Shown: positions 1 through 7,962 of the stretch, in pieces
Layout: each line of letters opens with the position of its first letter
How positions within the stretch are numbered: position 1 is the stretch's first letter
IMG/VR virus record: IMGVR_UViG_3300006854_000005
Direction: 5' to 3' (one strand)
Length of the DNA stretch: 60,130 nucleotides
From: a virus
The notes under the pieces: generated by a model
What the model was told of the DNA's origin: nothing
What the model saw: only the letters and a program-made list of their open reading frames with translations
Databases searched by the model: none
Translations under genes and position numbers: made by a program

Positions 1-70
1 CAATCTGGTGCGGGTGGAGTGGTGTCACTTGCGGTCTCCTTGGAACAGCGGACCGTGGTCTCGGTAGACG
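1..70. repeat. Terminal direct repeat, copy 1 (circular-assembly overlap or terminal redundancy)
   Basis: Nt 1-70 are identical to 60061-60130. Confidence 0.95.
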
Positions 71-516
71 CAGACACGCGCGAGGTGAGGGACGAGCAGC
101 TTGAGCCCTGTCCCGAACCCGGTGCACGGCTGCCCAACGCGCGCCTTGCACGCTGGGCATGCGCGGCCGTGGCGATTCGGCGCCTGCCCGGCCAGCAGCC
201 TGCGGGCGTCGTCGACGCGACCCCACTCGACCATGTCGCCCGCCACCTGGACAGCCTCGTGCTCCTCTGGACCGGCGGTCGCAGCGGCGCACGCCTCGCG
301 GAAGATCTTGCGCTCAAGCAGCCACATCTTGTACGGCAGCATCTCGCGCGAGCCGAACGGGTATGCGGCGTCGACGGCCTGCAGGAGCGCGCCTTCGTCG
401 GACAGCAGTTCCGGGTGCGCCTTGATGACGTTGCCGATCGTGGCGATCGCCGCACGACGCCAGCGCGACTCGGGTGCGCGACGGCACTGCCAAAGCCTGA
501 GCGCTTCTGGCGTCAC
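25..516 (-). CDS. hypothetical protein, 163 aa, C-terminal CPAC..C zinc-ribbon-like motif
   Basis: Track ORF 25..624 trimmed to a GTG at 516 that overlaps the upstream stop (GTGA). High-GC3 frame. Its stop overlaps the GTG start of 59783..60088 once the circle is closed. Confidence 0.5.
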   Translation of the reverse strand: MTPEALRLWQCRRAPESRWRRAAIATIGNVIKAHPELLSDEGALLQAVDAAYPFGSREMLPYKMWLLERKIFREACAAATAGPEEHEAVQVAGDMVEWGRVDDARRLLAGQAPNRHGRACPACKARVGQPCTGFGTGLKLLVPHLARVCVYRDHGPLFQGDRK

Positions 517-731
517 TGCGGCCCCGCACTGAGAAGCGCCGCCATCTGCTTCACGACCGGCTCGCAGGTCCGCGGGGCGTGCAGCTTCGTCAGCCGGCAC
601 TCCAGCTGGGCGCGGTGCGGGCACGTCGTGGCGCAGAACGGGGCCCCATCGAGCCAGATCGGCAGCGCCATGTCACTTGCGCCGAGTCCAGCCGCGAGGG
701 TCTGCGCGTCGATTCGCCAGGCGAGGGTCAT
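513..731 (-). CDS. hypothetical protein, 72 aa
   Basis: Track ORF 513..803 trimmed to the ATG at 731, which shares one base with the upstream TGA. Its stop overlaps the next GTG. Confidence 0.45.
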   Translation of the reverse strand: MTLAWRIDAQTLAAGLGASDMALPIWLDGAPFCATTCPHRAQLECRLTKLHAPRTCEPVVKQMAALLSAGPQ

Positions 732-922
732 CACCAGTCTCCGCAAACGCAGTGAGCCATCGACGCGTAGGCGATTCCGCGGTAGCCACAGCCCTTCGGG
801 CATTCACCGTCGAGCCGTGGCCATCGCTTGCGGACCTCGGACCACGGTACGTTCTCGGCCGCGTTGAGGTCGAACGCGACGCCGTGGTCGCATTCCGGTG
901 GGGTTCGATACGGATCGCTCAT
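731..922 (-). CDS. hypothetical Cys/His-rich protein, 63 aa
   Basis: Track ORF 731..1027 trimmed to MSDPYRT. That ATG lies 8 nt downstream of AGGAG. Confidence 0.5.
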   Translation of the reverse strand: MSDPYRTPPECDHGVAFDLNAAENVPWSEVRKRWPRLDGECPKGCGYRGIAYASMAHCVCGDW

Positions 923-995
923 CGTCATCGCTCCTGCTCGAAAGGTCCTCCCGGCACCATGCCGAGCGGGTGGCGCGCGGTGGTCACGCGCCGGA

Positions 996-1916
996 TCACT
1001 TCGCTGCCTCGCGGTCTGCGCGGTCAATCTCGGCGCGTTCCTCGGGCGTGGGGTCTCCGGCGGCCTGTGCCTGTGCCGCCATCTCCGCCGCGATCTGCGA
1101 CGACAGGCCGGCCCTGTGGCTTTCTCCGCCGGTCTCGACGTCGATGATGCGGCGTTGGTCGTCGGCAGTGCGCGCGTGGTCCAGCGCCTCCGCGAGGTGC
1201 CATGACTCGTCGAACTGGAGGAACTTGCCCAGGCGATGCACCGGTGCCTTGCGCATCATTTGATCGGGCCAGTCGCGCCACGCCGGGCTGTCGCTGCCCT
1301 TGCTGCGGACCGCGTCCAGGTCGGCGCGGTCCATCACCTCGAACACCGACTCACCGTTGGCCAGCTTGGCGATCGCGTACGCCGCGATGATCTCCTTGCC
1401 GCGGTTTCCGAAGTTGGGGCGATGCACGATCGAGTTCGCGGTGCCCTCGTCGACCTCGAACAGGTCGCCCTCGTAGACCACATTGGATCGAATCGAGCGG
1501 ACACCGCGCGAGCGCAGAGCCATCTTGATCACGCCCTTGTACCCGCGCTGGAAGGTCGCCTCCATCACTCCCTTGTTCTTGTATGGCACGAGGTACGCCT
1601 CGCCCTTGAGCGCTCCCGGCTCGAGACCGGTGACTGCGCACGCGATGAGACCCAGGTAGATCGACTCCTTGGTGCACTGGCGAAGCTTCTCGCCGCGCTC
1701 GTCGGCCATGTCGCGCAATGTGAACCGGAGCAGCGCCTCGGGCTTCACGCTGTTCTTGGCCCACTCGCGGAGCACGCCGACGCGCGCATCAAGGAACGCC
1801 TTGTGCTCGTTGATGGTGGCGAGCGCGGTGGTCTGCTGCGGCGCCTGCTGGATCGCCTTGCTGCTCGCGTCGTAGTTCAGGCGCGAACCGGCGCGCGGTG
1901 GCTGTGTCGTGCTCAT
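996..1916 (-). CDS. recT: RecT-family single-strand annealing recombinase
   Basis: Track ORF 996..2447 trimmed to MSTTQ (ATGA overlap with the exonuclease stop), giving 306 aa. RecT-like pattern (SIYLGLIACAVTGLEPG, GEAYLVPYKNK, QRGYKG). Paired with a YqaJ-like exonuclease. Confidence 0.8.
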   Translation of the reverse strand: MSTTQPPRAGSRLNYDASSKAIQQAPQQTTALATINEHKAFLDARVGVLREWAKNSVKPEALLRFTLRDMADERGEKLRQCTKESIYLGLIACAVTGLEPGALKGEAYLVPYKNKGVMEATFQRGYKGVIKMALRSRGVRSIRSNVVYEGDLFEVDEGTANSIVHRPNFGNRGKEIIAAYAIAKLANGESVFEVMDRADLDAVRSKGSDSPAWRDWPDQMMRKAPVHRLGKFLQFDESWHLAEALDHARTADDQRRIIDVETGGESHRAGLSSQIAAEMAAQAQAAGDPTPEERAEIDRADREAAK

Positions 1917-2860
1917 GCGTCTTCCTTCCACGACGTCGGCGTACGCAACGCCCACGTGTTCTTCGTCTTGTATGCGGTGATGTTGTCGGCGCGGTCGCCG
2001 CAGTCGATGCGCGTGGCACCGGCCGCGCTCAGGCGAAGCAGCAGCGAGTTCTTGCGCAGTTCCTCCTCCTTGGTCGCCCGCTTGCGCGCAATGCGGGCTT
2101 CGCGCCACTGCGCGATGTCCATCGTCATCTCGGAGTCCGCGGCCACGATCTGCGGCTTGACGCGATCCATCTTCTCGCTCACGTGCATGCGCCACGCGTC
2201 CGTGTGGTCGACCGTGGGCTCCTTGCCGAACTTGACCATGCCCCAGAACTCCTGCAGCGAGGTCAGAATGCGGTCCTCGATGGCCTTGTCGCGCTCGATG
2301 CGGAGCGGCCCGATCTGCTTCTGGCCGCCGCACAGGCACACGATGTCGACCCAAGGCAGGTCGGCCACGGCCATCTCGACGCGGCACTGGACCTCGTACT
2401 TGGCCGGCGGACCATCGCGCCAGTCGTCCTCGAGCCACGCCGAGCACGTCTTGACTTGGAGTCCGCCGAGTAGGCCATCAGCTATCAGCTGGCGAATGAC
2501 TGGGGCGTAACCGTCCTTCTCTGGATCGAACTCGGTGGTGCCGACCTGATGCGTACGGGCGAGCTCCTCGACCAGCCCGTCAGGCGTGGAGCGGAGCCAC
2601 CCGTCCATCACGTAGCTTCCGGTCGGGACGAACACGCGCACCTTGCGGTCGTGGGCGTACTTGCCGCGGATGACCGGCTCGAGCACCGTGCCCCAGTACG
2701 CTGCTTCCTCGGGCCCGTCGTCTCGCACGGGTAGGCCGCGATGCTTGCGCCAGATCTTCATCGGCGGGTTGTACTTGTCAAGACTGAGAACGCCTGCCGC
2801 CTCGGACGCCCCGAGGCACGACAGGTCGCGCTGCTGGTCGACTGCTACTGCGATCGTCAT
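1913..2860 (-). CDS. YqaJ / lambda-Exo-like PD-(D/E)XK exonuclease
   Basis: 315 aa. YqaJ-like N-terminus (SEAAGVLSLDKYNPPMKIW, YWGTVLEP) and a GLQVKT core. Translationally coupled to recT. Confidence 0.75.
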   Translation of the reverse strand: MTIAVAVDQQRDLSCLGASEAAGVLSLDKYNPPMKIWRKHRGLPVRDDGPEEAAYWGTVLEPVIRGKYAHDRKVRVFVPTGSYVMDGWLRSTPDGLVEELARTHQVGTTEFDPEKDGYAPVIRQLIADGLLGGLQVKTCSAWLEDDWRDGPPAKYEVQCRVEMAVADLPWVDIVCLCGGQKQIGPLRIERDKAIEDRILTSLQEFWGMVKFGKEPTVDHTDAWRMHVSEKMDRVKPQIVAADSEMTMDIAQWREARIARKRATKEEELRKNSLLLRLSAAGATRIDCGDRADNITAYKTKNTWALRTPTSWKEDA

Positions 2861-2872
2861 TGTTGCCTCATC

Positions 2873-2939
2873 AGAAAAGTGCCGACCCGTCGCTGTGGGG
2901 GGAGGTTGAACCGTCGGATGACGGGTGCGACGGGTCGGC
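2873..2939 (-). terminator. Intrinsic-terminator/attenuator-like element: 13-bp perfect inverted repeat plus U-tract
   Basis: GCCGACCCGTCGC (2881-2893) pairs with GCGACGGGTCGGC (2927-2939) across a 33-nt spacer holding an inner CCGTC/GACGG hairpin. On the minus strand it is followed by ACUUUUCU (2880-2873). It sits between a small ORF and the exonuclease start. Confidence 0.5.
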
Positions 2940-2949
2940 GTGAAGGTTG

Positions 2950-3114
2950 TCAGCGCTGGTCAGCGCGCAACGGCGGCGGCCAGCACGTGGAGTGCTCGGG
3001 CCGTGTGTCGACGTCGGTCTGCCCACCGCCGATGACGAGCTCGAGATCGAGCCCGGCGATGATCCTGATGGTCTCGCGAGGCAGTGTGATTCGCTTGTGA
3101 CTAGTGCGCTTCAT
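2950..3114 (-). CDS. small protein, 54 aa, with double-glycine-leader-like motif LDLELVIGGG
   Basis: Below the 60-aa track cutoff. The ATG at 3114 is preceded by AAGGAG, and the frame has high GC3. Sequence: MKRTSHKRITLPRETIRIIAGLDLELVIGGGQTDVDTRPEHSTCWPPPLRADQR. Confidence 0.4.
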   Translation of the reverse strand: MKRTSHKRITLPRETIRIIAGLDLELVIGGGQTDVDTRPEHSTCWPPPLRADQR

Positions 3115-3145
3115 GTCGTCTCCTTATGTTGTCGTTGTGGGCTCG

Positions 3146-3406
3146 TCACCCGAATACCGGTCCGTACTTCGCCAGCACGCGCCCGATCGCCTCGGACGTG
3201 GCTGGCCAGTCGCGGTCCGCCGACTGATCTGCCGCGAACGCGAACAGCACCAAGCGGTCGTTCTCGTCGATGCGCAGCCGCACCACCTCGTCGTGAAGCG
3301 CGATAAATGCGCGTGCAAGACGGATCGTGCCTGCGTGGTTGGGGTCGAAGCCCGCGGACAGGACGCAGTGCGCGAAGGTCAGCGCCTCGGCGACTGGCCA
3401 GGTCAT
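3146..3406 (-). CDS. hypothetical protein, 86 aa
   Basis: Track ORF 3146..3520 trimmed to MTWPVAE (ATGA overlap with the upstream stop). Confidence 0.5.
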   Translation of the reverse strand: MTWPVAEALTFAHCVLSAGFDPNHAGTIRLARAFIALHDEVVRLRIDENDRLVLFAFAADQSADRDWPATSEAIGRVLAKYGPVFG

Positions 3407-3576
3407 GACTCCTTGCCTTCCATCGCGTCCTCGATCTCCCTGACGGTGTCGGCGAAGTCGCATGCCGCTCTGCGCAGGGTCCCAAGGTTCGCCGAGTTCC
3501 TGTCCGCTCCGTACTTGCACGCGGCGGAACGTAGAGCCTGCTCAGCGGTGAACAGCTGCTCGATCTTGTCGTTCAT
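3403..3576 (-). CDS. hypothetical protein, 57 aa
   Basis: Below the track cutoff (MNDKIEQLFTAEQALRSAACKYG...). ATGA overlaps at both ends link it to its neighbours. Confidence 0.45.
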   Translation of the reverse strand: MNDKIEQLFTAEQALRSAACKYGADRNSANLGTLRRAACDFADTVREIEDAMEGKES

Positions 3577-4346
3577 TCGGTCTCCGTGCTGTCGAAGCGC
3601 GCGTCGACGTCGCCAACGTGCGTCGGCTCCTCGTCGGTGTCCACGTCTCGTAGCGTTGCCTCGGGCGCGGGCACCGGCTCGGACTGGTCGACCGAGTCGA
3701 GAACACTATCGTCGCCGTCGCACATTGACTCGCGCAGATAGTCGTCCGCGATCTCGTCGATGCGCCGGTTCGTCAGACCGCTAATCGGGTTGACCGAGTC
3801 AGGGTCGTCGATGTCATAGCGCGGAGTAGGCGACAGGCGCTCGCGCTCTCCTGGGACTTCGGTCAATCCCGCATGCCTCGCCACGCTAGCGGATACGTCG
3901 TGACGGGTCTGCTCGTCGATTGCGTCGCACTCCTCGAGGACACGTTCCTTCCAGTCGGGCGCTGGTTCCCGGTCCGGGCAGTGAGCGATCGCGGCGATGA
4001 GCGCGTCCTCGTTGATCTTCGACGGAGCGTCCTGCATGGCGATCTCGCGCTCCAGCCAGCCGGCCCACTCGGCGGCGGCCTGCATGGCGATCTCGCGTTC
4101 CAACCACCCTGCCCACTCGGCGGCGGACTTCGGGTCACCGCTGTCGGCGTGCTTCACGTATCCGGTCTCCTCGGCTGGCGTGCTGAGCGAGCTGTCAGCC
4201 GCGAGCCGCGCCGCGCGCAGTTCGACGCGGTCGGCCTTCGCGGCGCGCCCGAACGAGCGGTTGCTGGTGCAGTGGCGGCAGTCGATGCGCAGTAGCTTGC
4301 CGTCGGCGGTGCATACGCCGATCCAGTCGTGTTGATGCTTGGTCAT
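3573..4346 (-). CDS. hypothetical protein, 257 aa: N-terminal Cys cluster, internal 16-aa tandem repeat, highly acidic C-terminal half
   Basis: Track ORF with a GGGGAAGGGA upstream of the ATG. AAEWAGWLEREIAMQ occurs twice. The C-terminus is rich in D/E. Confidence 0.6.
   Translation of the reverse strand: MTKHQHDWIGVCTADGKLLRIDCRHCTSNRSFGRAAKADRVELRAARLAADSSLSTPAEETGYVKHADSGDPKSAAEWAGWLEREIAMQAAAEWAGWLEREIAMQDAPSKINEDALIAAIAHCPDREPAPDWKERVLEECDAIDEQTRHDVSASVARHAGLTEVPGERERLSPTPRYDIDDPDSVNPISGLTNRRIDEIADDYLRESMCDGDDSVLDSVDQSEPVPAPEATLRDVDTDEEPTHVGDVDARFDSTETE
4032..4127. repeat. 2 x 48-bp in-frame tandem repeat
   Basis: Copy 1 at 4032-4079 and copy 2 at 4080-4127 differ at about 6 positions. 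Five differences are silent; the last one alters only the first residue of the 16-aa unit. Confidence 0.85.
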
Positions 4347-4365
4347 GTCAGTCCCTTCCCCTTCG

Positions 4366-4432
4366 AAGTAAGTGCCGGTCCTCGTCGGACTTGGCCCTCG
4401 GATGCCCTCACGAGGTCACGACGAGGACCGGC
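4366..4432 (-). terminator. Second terminator/attenuator-like element: 14-bp perfect inverted repeat
   Basis: GCCGGTCCTCGTCG (4374-4387) pairs with CGACGAGGACCGGC (4419-4432) across a 31-nt spacer holding an inner CCTCG/CGAGG hairpin. It starts 4 nt after the stop of 4437..4712 and is followed on the minus strand by ACUUACUU. Confidence 0.45.
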
Positions 4433-4436
4433 GGAA

Positions 4437-4712
4437 TCATGGAGGCGACCAGCCGGTCCGGATCCTTGCCTCGCACTCGGCGTCTAGCTCACGAGTCCAT
4501 CCACCGGGCATCGTGCCGATAAGCGTCGCGCACACCCTGCACGCGAGCGCCAGACAGCCCGGCGCCATACCGCTGCCGAGTCGAGCGTAGATCGTGTAGT
4601 ACACGCAAGAGCGTCGGCCGAATCGCTCCTCGTACCCGACCACACCACCGCTCGCCGCGATCGCGCAGATCAGCGCCGCCTCTTCGCGCACGCGCTTGCT
4701 GTGTCGCTTCAT
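4437..4712 (-). CDS. hypothetical protein, 91 aa
   Basis: Track ORF 4437..4718 trimmed to MKRHSKR (ATGA overlap). Confidence 0.5.
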   Translation of the reverse strand: MKRHSKRVREEAALICAIAASGGVVGYEERFGRRSCVYYTIYARLGSGMAPGCLALACRVCATLIGTMPGGWTRELDAECEARIRTGWSPP

Positions 4713-5038
4713 GAGCACATCGCCTCCGCAATGACGGCTTCGATGATGAAGCGCAGCTCATGCTTGTCGACGCCTCTCGGATACCGACCGTTGCCGGCGA
4801 CGAGATCATCGAGACACCCATAGACTCTCGGGACCTCGATGCTACTCGCCAGCAGGCGCGCCGACTCGATTGCGTCTCGCTCGTCGAGCCAGTGGGCAGC
4901 GGCCAGGCCTGACTTCACGTCGGTTACCGTCCAGCCTTCCTCGACGTGACCGGGGTGCGCGGCCCACGTCCCGAACACGTGCGCCTTCACTGGCCGGCTG
5001 TGCTTGCCGCGCAGCGTGGTGATCCTGATCGTCCTCAC
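4709..5038 (-). CDS. hypothetical protein, 109 aa
   Basis: Track ORF. The GTG start overlaps the upstream stop (GTGA). Confidence 0.55.
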   Translation of the reverse strand: MRTIRITTLRGKHSRPVKAHVFGTWAAHPGHVEEGWTVTDVKSGLAAAHWLDERDAIESARLLASSIEVPRVYGCLDDLVAGNGRYPRGVDKHELRFIIEAVIAEAMCS

Positions 5039-5826
5039 GACCGCCTCCCCGTCCGCACGTCGTGCAGCGTCTGTGCGAGCTGCGCCATCGCCAGCCGTGT
5101 CGTGACGATCTCCTCGCTCAGGTTGATGTTGATGGCGCGCTGTTGCTCGGCGTCCTGTAACGCCGAGACTCGGAGCGCCTCGGTGGTCTCAAGCGCGCGC
5201 GTCAGCTTGCACGCCTCACCGGTCTGCTTGATGAGGCGGTTCATCGTCTCGTGGTGCATGTTGGCCTCGCGCTCCAACCGGGCGCGCTCGGTGGCGAACA
5301 GGGTCTGCAGCTCGACCACCTCGTTGCGCTCGGCGTAGAGTTCGTTCGTGGTCATGATCAGCGCCTGTCCGTAGCCCTGTGACTTGCGCTCGAACTCCGC
5401 CCCGATGGACTGTTGCACGGCGAGTTGCCGGGTCAGCGCCTCCACCGTGGCGCTCAGGTTGGCGATCCGCTCGTCGCGTTCGGTCAGCGCCAGTTCGGTC
5501 GCGCCGAGTTGCTGGCAGATCGCCCGGACGTGGTCCTGTGAGCCGACGAGGACCCATAGATCGTCGCGCCCGGTATCGGTCTCGAGCGCGCAGTTCGCGG
5601 CGAGATCGCTGATGTCGTCCTCGGTCGCGGTGTCGAGGTCGGGCAGCGCGATGGCCGGGCGAACATAGGGCAGGCGATCGGGCGCGGGCGGACCGACGAG
5701 CGTGGACTCGGAGGAGTCGGGACAGGGTCCGACGTCGATGAGCGGCATGGGGCGCATATCGACGGTGATCGCGGTGTGGATCGCGAGTTCGTGGAAAGCA
5801 GGGTCGTAGGAGGCGGTCATGTTCAC
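5035..5826 (-). CDS. hypothetical coiled-coil protein, 263 aa
   Basis: Track ORF with a GTGA-coupled start. The C-terminal two-thirds are heptad-like (ERDERIANLSATVEALTRQLAVQQ...). Confidence 0.6.
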   Translation of the reverse strand: MNMTASYDPAFHELAIHTAITVDMRPMPLIDVGPCPDSSESTLVGPPAPDRLPYVRPAIALPDLDTATEDDISDLAANCALETDTGRDDLWVLVGSQDHVRAICQQLGATELALTERDERIANLSATVEALTRQLAVQQSIGAEFERKSQGYGQALIMTTNELYAERNEVVELQTLFATERARLEREANMHHETMNRLIKQTGEACKLTRALETTEALRVSALQDAEQQRAININLSEEIVTTRLAMAQLAQTLHDVRTGRRS

Positions 5827-6224
5827 TTTGGCTCGTTCATCGTCCGCACGTACTGCGTGCGATGGAGGTACTTCTGCTCGGGCTTGAGCGGCATCGGCGC
5901 GCGCGAGCCCATGATTCCGGCGACCTTCAACTCGAACTCGCGCTGCTCTGGCGTGTCGAGCGCCACTGGCACACGGGCGGCGATCGCTTCGATCTTGTCC
6001 CCGAGGGCCTTGCGCGCGGCTGCGGCAGTCTTCGCGATCGACTTGCGCTGCGTTTTCTCGAGCGCAGTGGCCGCGCGCCTCATCTTCGCGACGCGCTCCT
6101 TGCGCTCCTTCCGGTAGATCGCGCCAGACGTCGGAGCATCAGCCAGCGACACCGGGCTCAGCTGGTAGACACCGGCGGCGAACACGATTACGACGTAGCG
6201 AAGGGCGTTGGCGAGGTGCTTCAC
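5823..6224 (-). CDS. hypothetical membrane protein, 133 aa
   Basis: Track ORF 5823..6404 trimmed to the GTG at 6224 (GTGA overlap). N-terminal hydrophobic helix ALRYVVIVFAAGVYQL. Confidence 0.5.
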   Translation of the reverse strand: MKHLANALRYVVIVFAAGVYQLSPVSLADAPTSGAIYRKERKERVAKMRRAATALEKTQRKSIAKTAAAARKALGDKIEAIAARVPVALDTPEQREFELKVAGIMGSRAPMPLKPEQKYLHRTQYVRTMNEPK

Positions 6225-6469
6225 GGCTTGGCTCCGTTGGTCTCGTTCCATGTGTCGGCGCATCGGGCGCGAGACTTGGCCTTCGACCCGCCCTTGCGAG
6301 CCCTGCGCAGGCCCAGTGCGACCCGCGCGTGATACAGAATCAGGCTCCGTCGCGAGTACTCGTCGTATTTCGTCCCCTCGCGAAAGCCGTTGTCGTCGAG
6401 CCAAGACGCCGCGTCGCGCCTGACTTCGGCGATCTGCTCGTCCGTGATCGTTTCTGCGGTGACCCTCAC
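6221..6469 (-). CDS. hypothetical protein, 82 aa
   Basis: Track ORF with a GTGA-coupled start. Confidence 0.5.
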   Translation of the reverse strand: MRVTAETITDEQIAEVRRDAASWLDDNGFREGTKYDEYSRRSLILYHARVALGLRRARKGGSKAKSRARCADTWNETNGAKP

Positions 6470-6552
6470 GGCTCCCTCCGTCCGCCCATCAGCGCCCAGA
6501 TGCCGAGGGTCAGCACGGCGAGCAGGAGGATGGCGGCGTGGCCGTCGGTCAT
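6466..6552 (-). CDS. possible 28-aa transmembrane peptide
   Basis: MTDGHAAILLLAVLTLGIWALMGGRREP. ATGA overlap upstream and GTGA overlap downstream fill the gap exactly. Confidence 0.3.
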   Translation of the reverse strand: MTDGHAAILLLAVLTLGIWALMGGRREP

Positions 6553-7049
6553 GGGCGGACTCCGAGCGTCCGACGCACGTGCTCCGCGGGCAGGTACTGG
6601 CACACCGGCATGTTCGGCGACTGCCAGTAGCGGGCGACGTTCTCCTCGAGCTTTGTCCACACGCGCGAGATGTCGGTGCCGTCCGGGAGGCGCTGCACGT
6701 CGAGCGGCAGGTTCGGCTTGTAGGTCATCTTGACCAGCTGGACCGGGGCGAAGCCCTCGATCTCCATGATCGCCCCGCTCGACAGGGGTCGCATCTCGCC
6801 GTCGCCGCCGATGACCATGTGCTGGCTCGCCGCGTCCACCAGCCGGTACTCGTCGGTCGGAATGACTGCATCGAAGGATGGCATCGCCGCGTTGGACACG
6901 AACCCGCGAAGCTCGAACTTCGGCGTACCGCGCTCGAAGAAGCTCTCGGTCCGGGAAATCAGAAGCGCGTGCGTGTGAGTGCGAACGCCCTGCAGCGTGA
7001 CGAACTGCAGGTTGGTGATCAGTGTGTAGCGGTCGACGATGGTGCTCAC
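6549..7049 (-). CDS. hypothetical protein, 166 aa
   Basis: Track ORF 6549..7154 trimmed to the GTG at 7049 (GGAGG upstream, GTGA overlap). Confidence 0.55.
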   Translation of the reverse strand: MSTIVDRYTLITNLQFVTLQGVRTHTHALLISRTESFFERGTPKFELRGFVSNAAMPSFDAVIPTDEYRLVDAASQHMVIGGDGEMRPLSSGAIMEIEGFAPVQLVKMTYKPNLPLDVQRLPDGTDISRVWTKLEENVARYWQSPNMPVCQYLPAEHVRRTLGVRP

Positions 7050-7228
7050 GGCCGACCTCCATGCATCGCCTCGATCCAGACCCGTGCCGCCTCGTCTGCG
7101 TGGAACTTGATCCGCTGCGTCACCGCGCGGCTCGCCGCTTCGTCGCGGGCCCACGGCATGAGTTGCTGACCGACGTCGATGACAGGCAGGGTCGGCGTCC
7201 AGTCGACGGGGAGACGCTGGGTGGTCAC
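7046..7228 (-). CDS. hypothetical protein, 60 aa
   Basis: Track ORF 7046..7345 trimmed to the GTG at 7228 (GGAGG upstream, GTGA overlap). Confidence 0.45.
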   Translation of the reverse strand: MTTQRLPVDWTPTLPVIDVGQQLMPWARDEAASRAVTQRIKFHADEAARVWIEAMHGGRP

Positions 7229-7422
7229 AGCCGACCTCCGGTGAGGAACGAGTGGGCGAAGTCGATAAACGCGAACTCGATCTCGGCTGCGACTCGCGTA
7301 CTCAGGCCGTGGTTGAGCGCCAGACCGGAGGCGTACTCGACGCACCGCTCGTACGTCGAGTGGTCCAGGTTCTTGACCTCCAGGTAGAGGCGGTCGATGC
7401 GCTCCTGTCGCTTGGCGTTCAC
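7225..7422 (-). CDS. hypothetical protein, 65 aa
   Basis: Track ORF 7225..7581 trimmed to the GTG at 7422 (GGAGG upstream, GTGA overlap). Confidence 0.45.
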   Translation of the reverse strand: MNAKRQERIDRLYLEVKNLDHSTYERCVEYASGLALNHGLSTRVAAEIEFAFIDFAHSFLTGGRL

Positions 7423-7724
7423 GAGCACACCTCCATCCGCGCCTTGTCCGCCGCGGCGCGCACGCTCGCGATGACGCGCTCGGGGCGGCCCTCGAGCGTC
7501 AGGAGCGACGAGACGCGGTCGTAGTAGTCGGCGCGCTCGGAAGCGGTAGCCTCGACGATCTGCGTCGGGTGGAGGATCCACGGGCCGCGACCGAGGACGC
7601 GGTCACCGTGGATGATGTGAGCCTCGGAGGCGGAGTGCCAGCAGAGTTCGGCGATGTGGTTGTCGGCAAGAACGCGGACGATCGTGCCGTTGGGAAGAGG
7701 GCGAGGGGGGTTCGAGAAGGGCAT
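7419..7724 (-). CDS. hypothetical protein, 101 aa; first gene of the leftward early operon
   Basis: Track ORF. There is no Shine-Dalgarno sequence, and promoter-like hexamers sit immediately upstream, suggesting a leaderless mRNA. Confidence 0.55.
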   Translation of the reverse strand: MPFSNPPRPLPNGTIVRVLADNHIAELCWHSASEAHIIHGDRVLGRGPWILHPTQIVEATASERADYYDRVSSLLTLEGRPERVIASVRAAADKARMEVCS

Positions 7725-7730
7725 GTCGAC

Positions 7731-7771
7731 ATGATGACAAGCCGCCCTTGCCGTGTCAAGTCAGACTTGGC
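7731..7771 (-). promoter_or_regulatory. PL-like promoter with overlapping operator
   Basis: Minus-strand TTGACA (7759-7754), 17-nt spacer, CATCAT (7736-7731), then 6 nt to the ATG at 7724. The perfect palindrome CAAGTC-A-GACTTG (7757-7769) overlaps the -35. A GCCAAGTC box (7771-7764) lies upstream of the -35. Confidence 0.45.
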
Positions 7772-7962
7772 GACGTCGTGTCGATTTCGCTCGCCCCCTT
7801 GCGTCATTTCGACGGTCCGCGAGCAACTCCACGACCTTCAGCACTAGGTCGACCGCTTCGTTGTCGTTCCGGATTAGCCGCACCACGATCAGAAGCCTCT
7901 CATCCGGTACGTCCAGCACCGAAGCGCCCATCAAACGGCTGTACTACAGGCGTGTCACGCGC

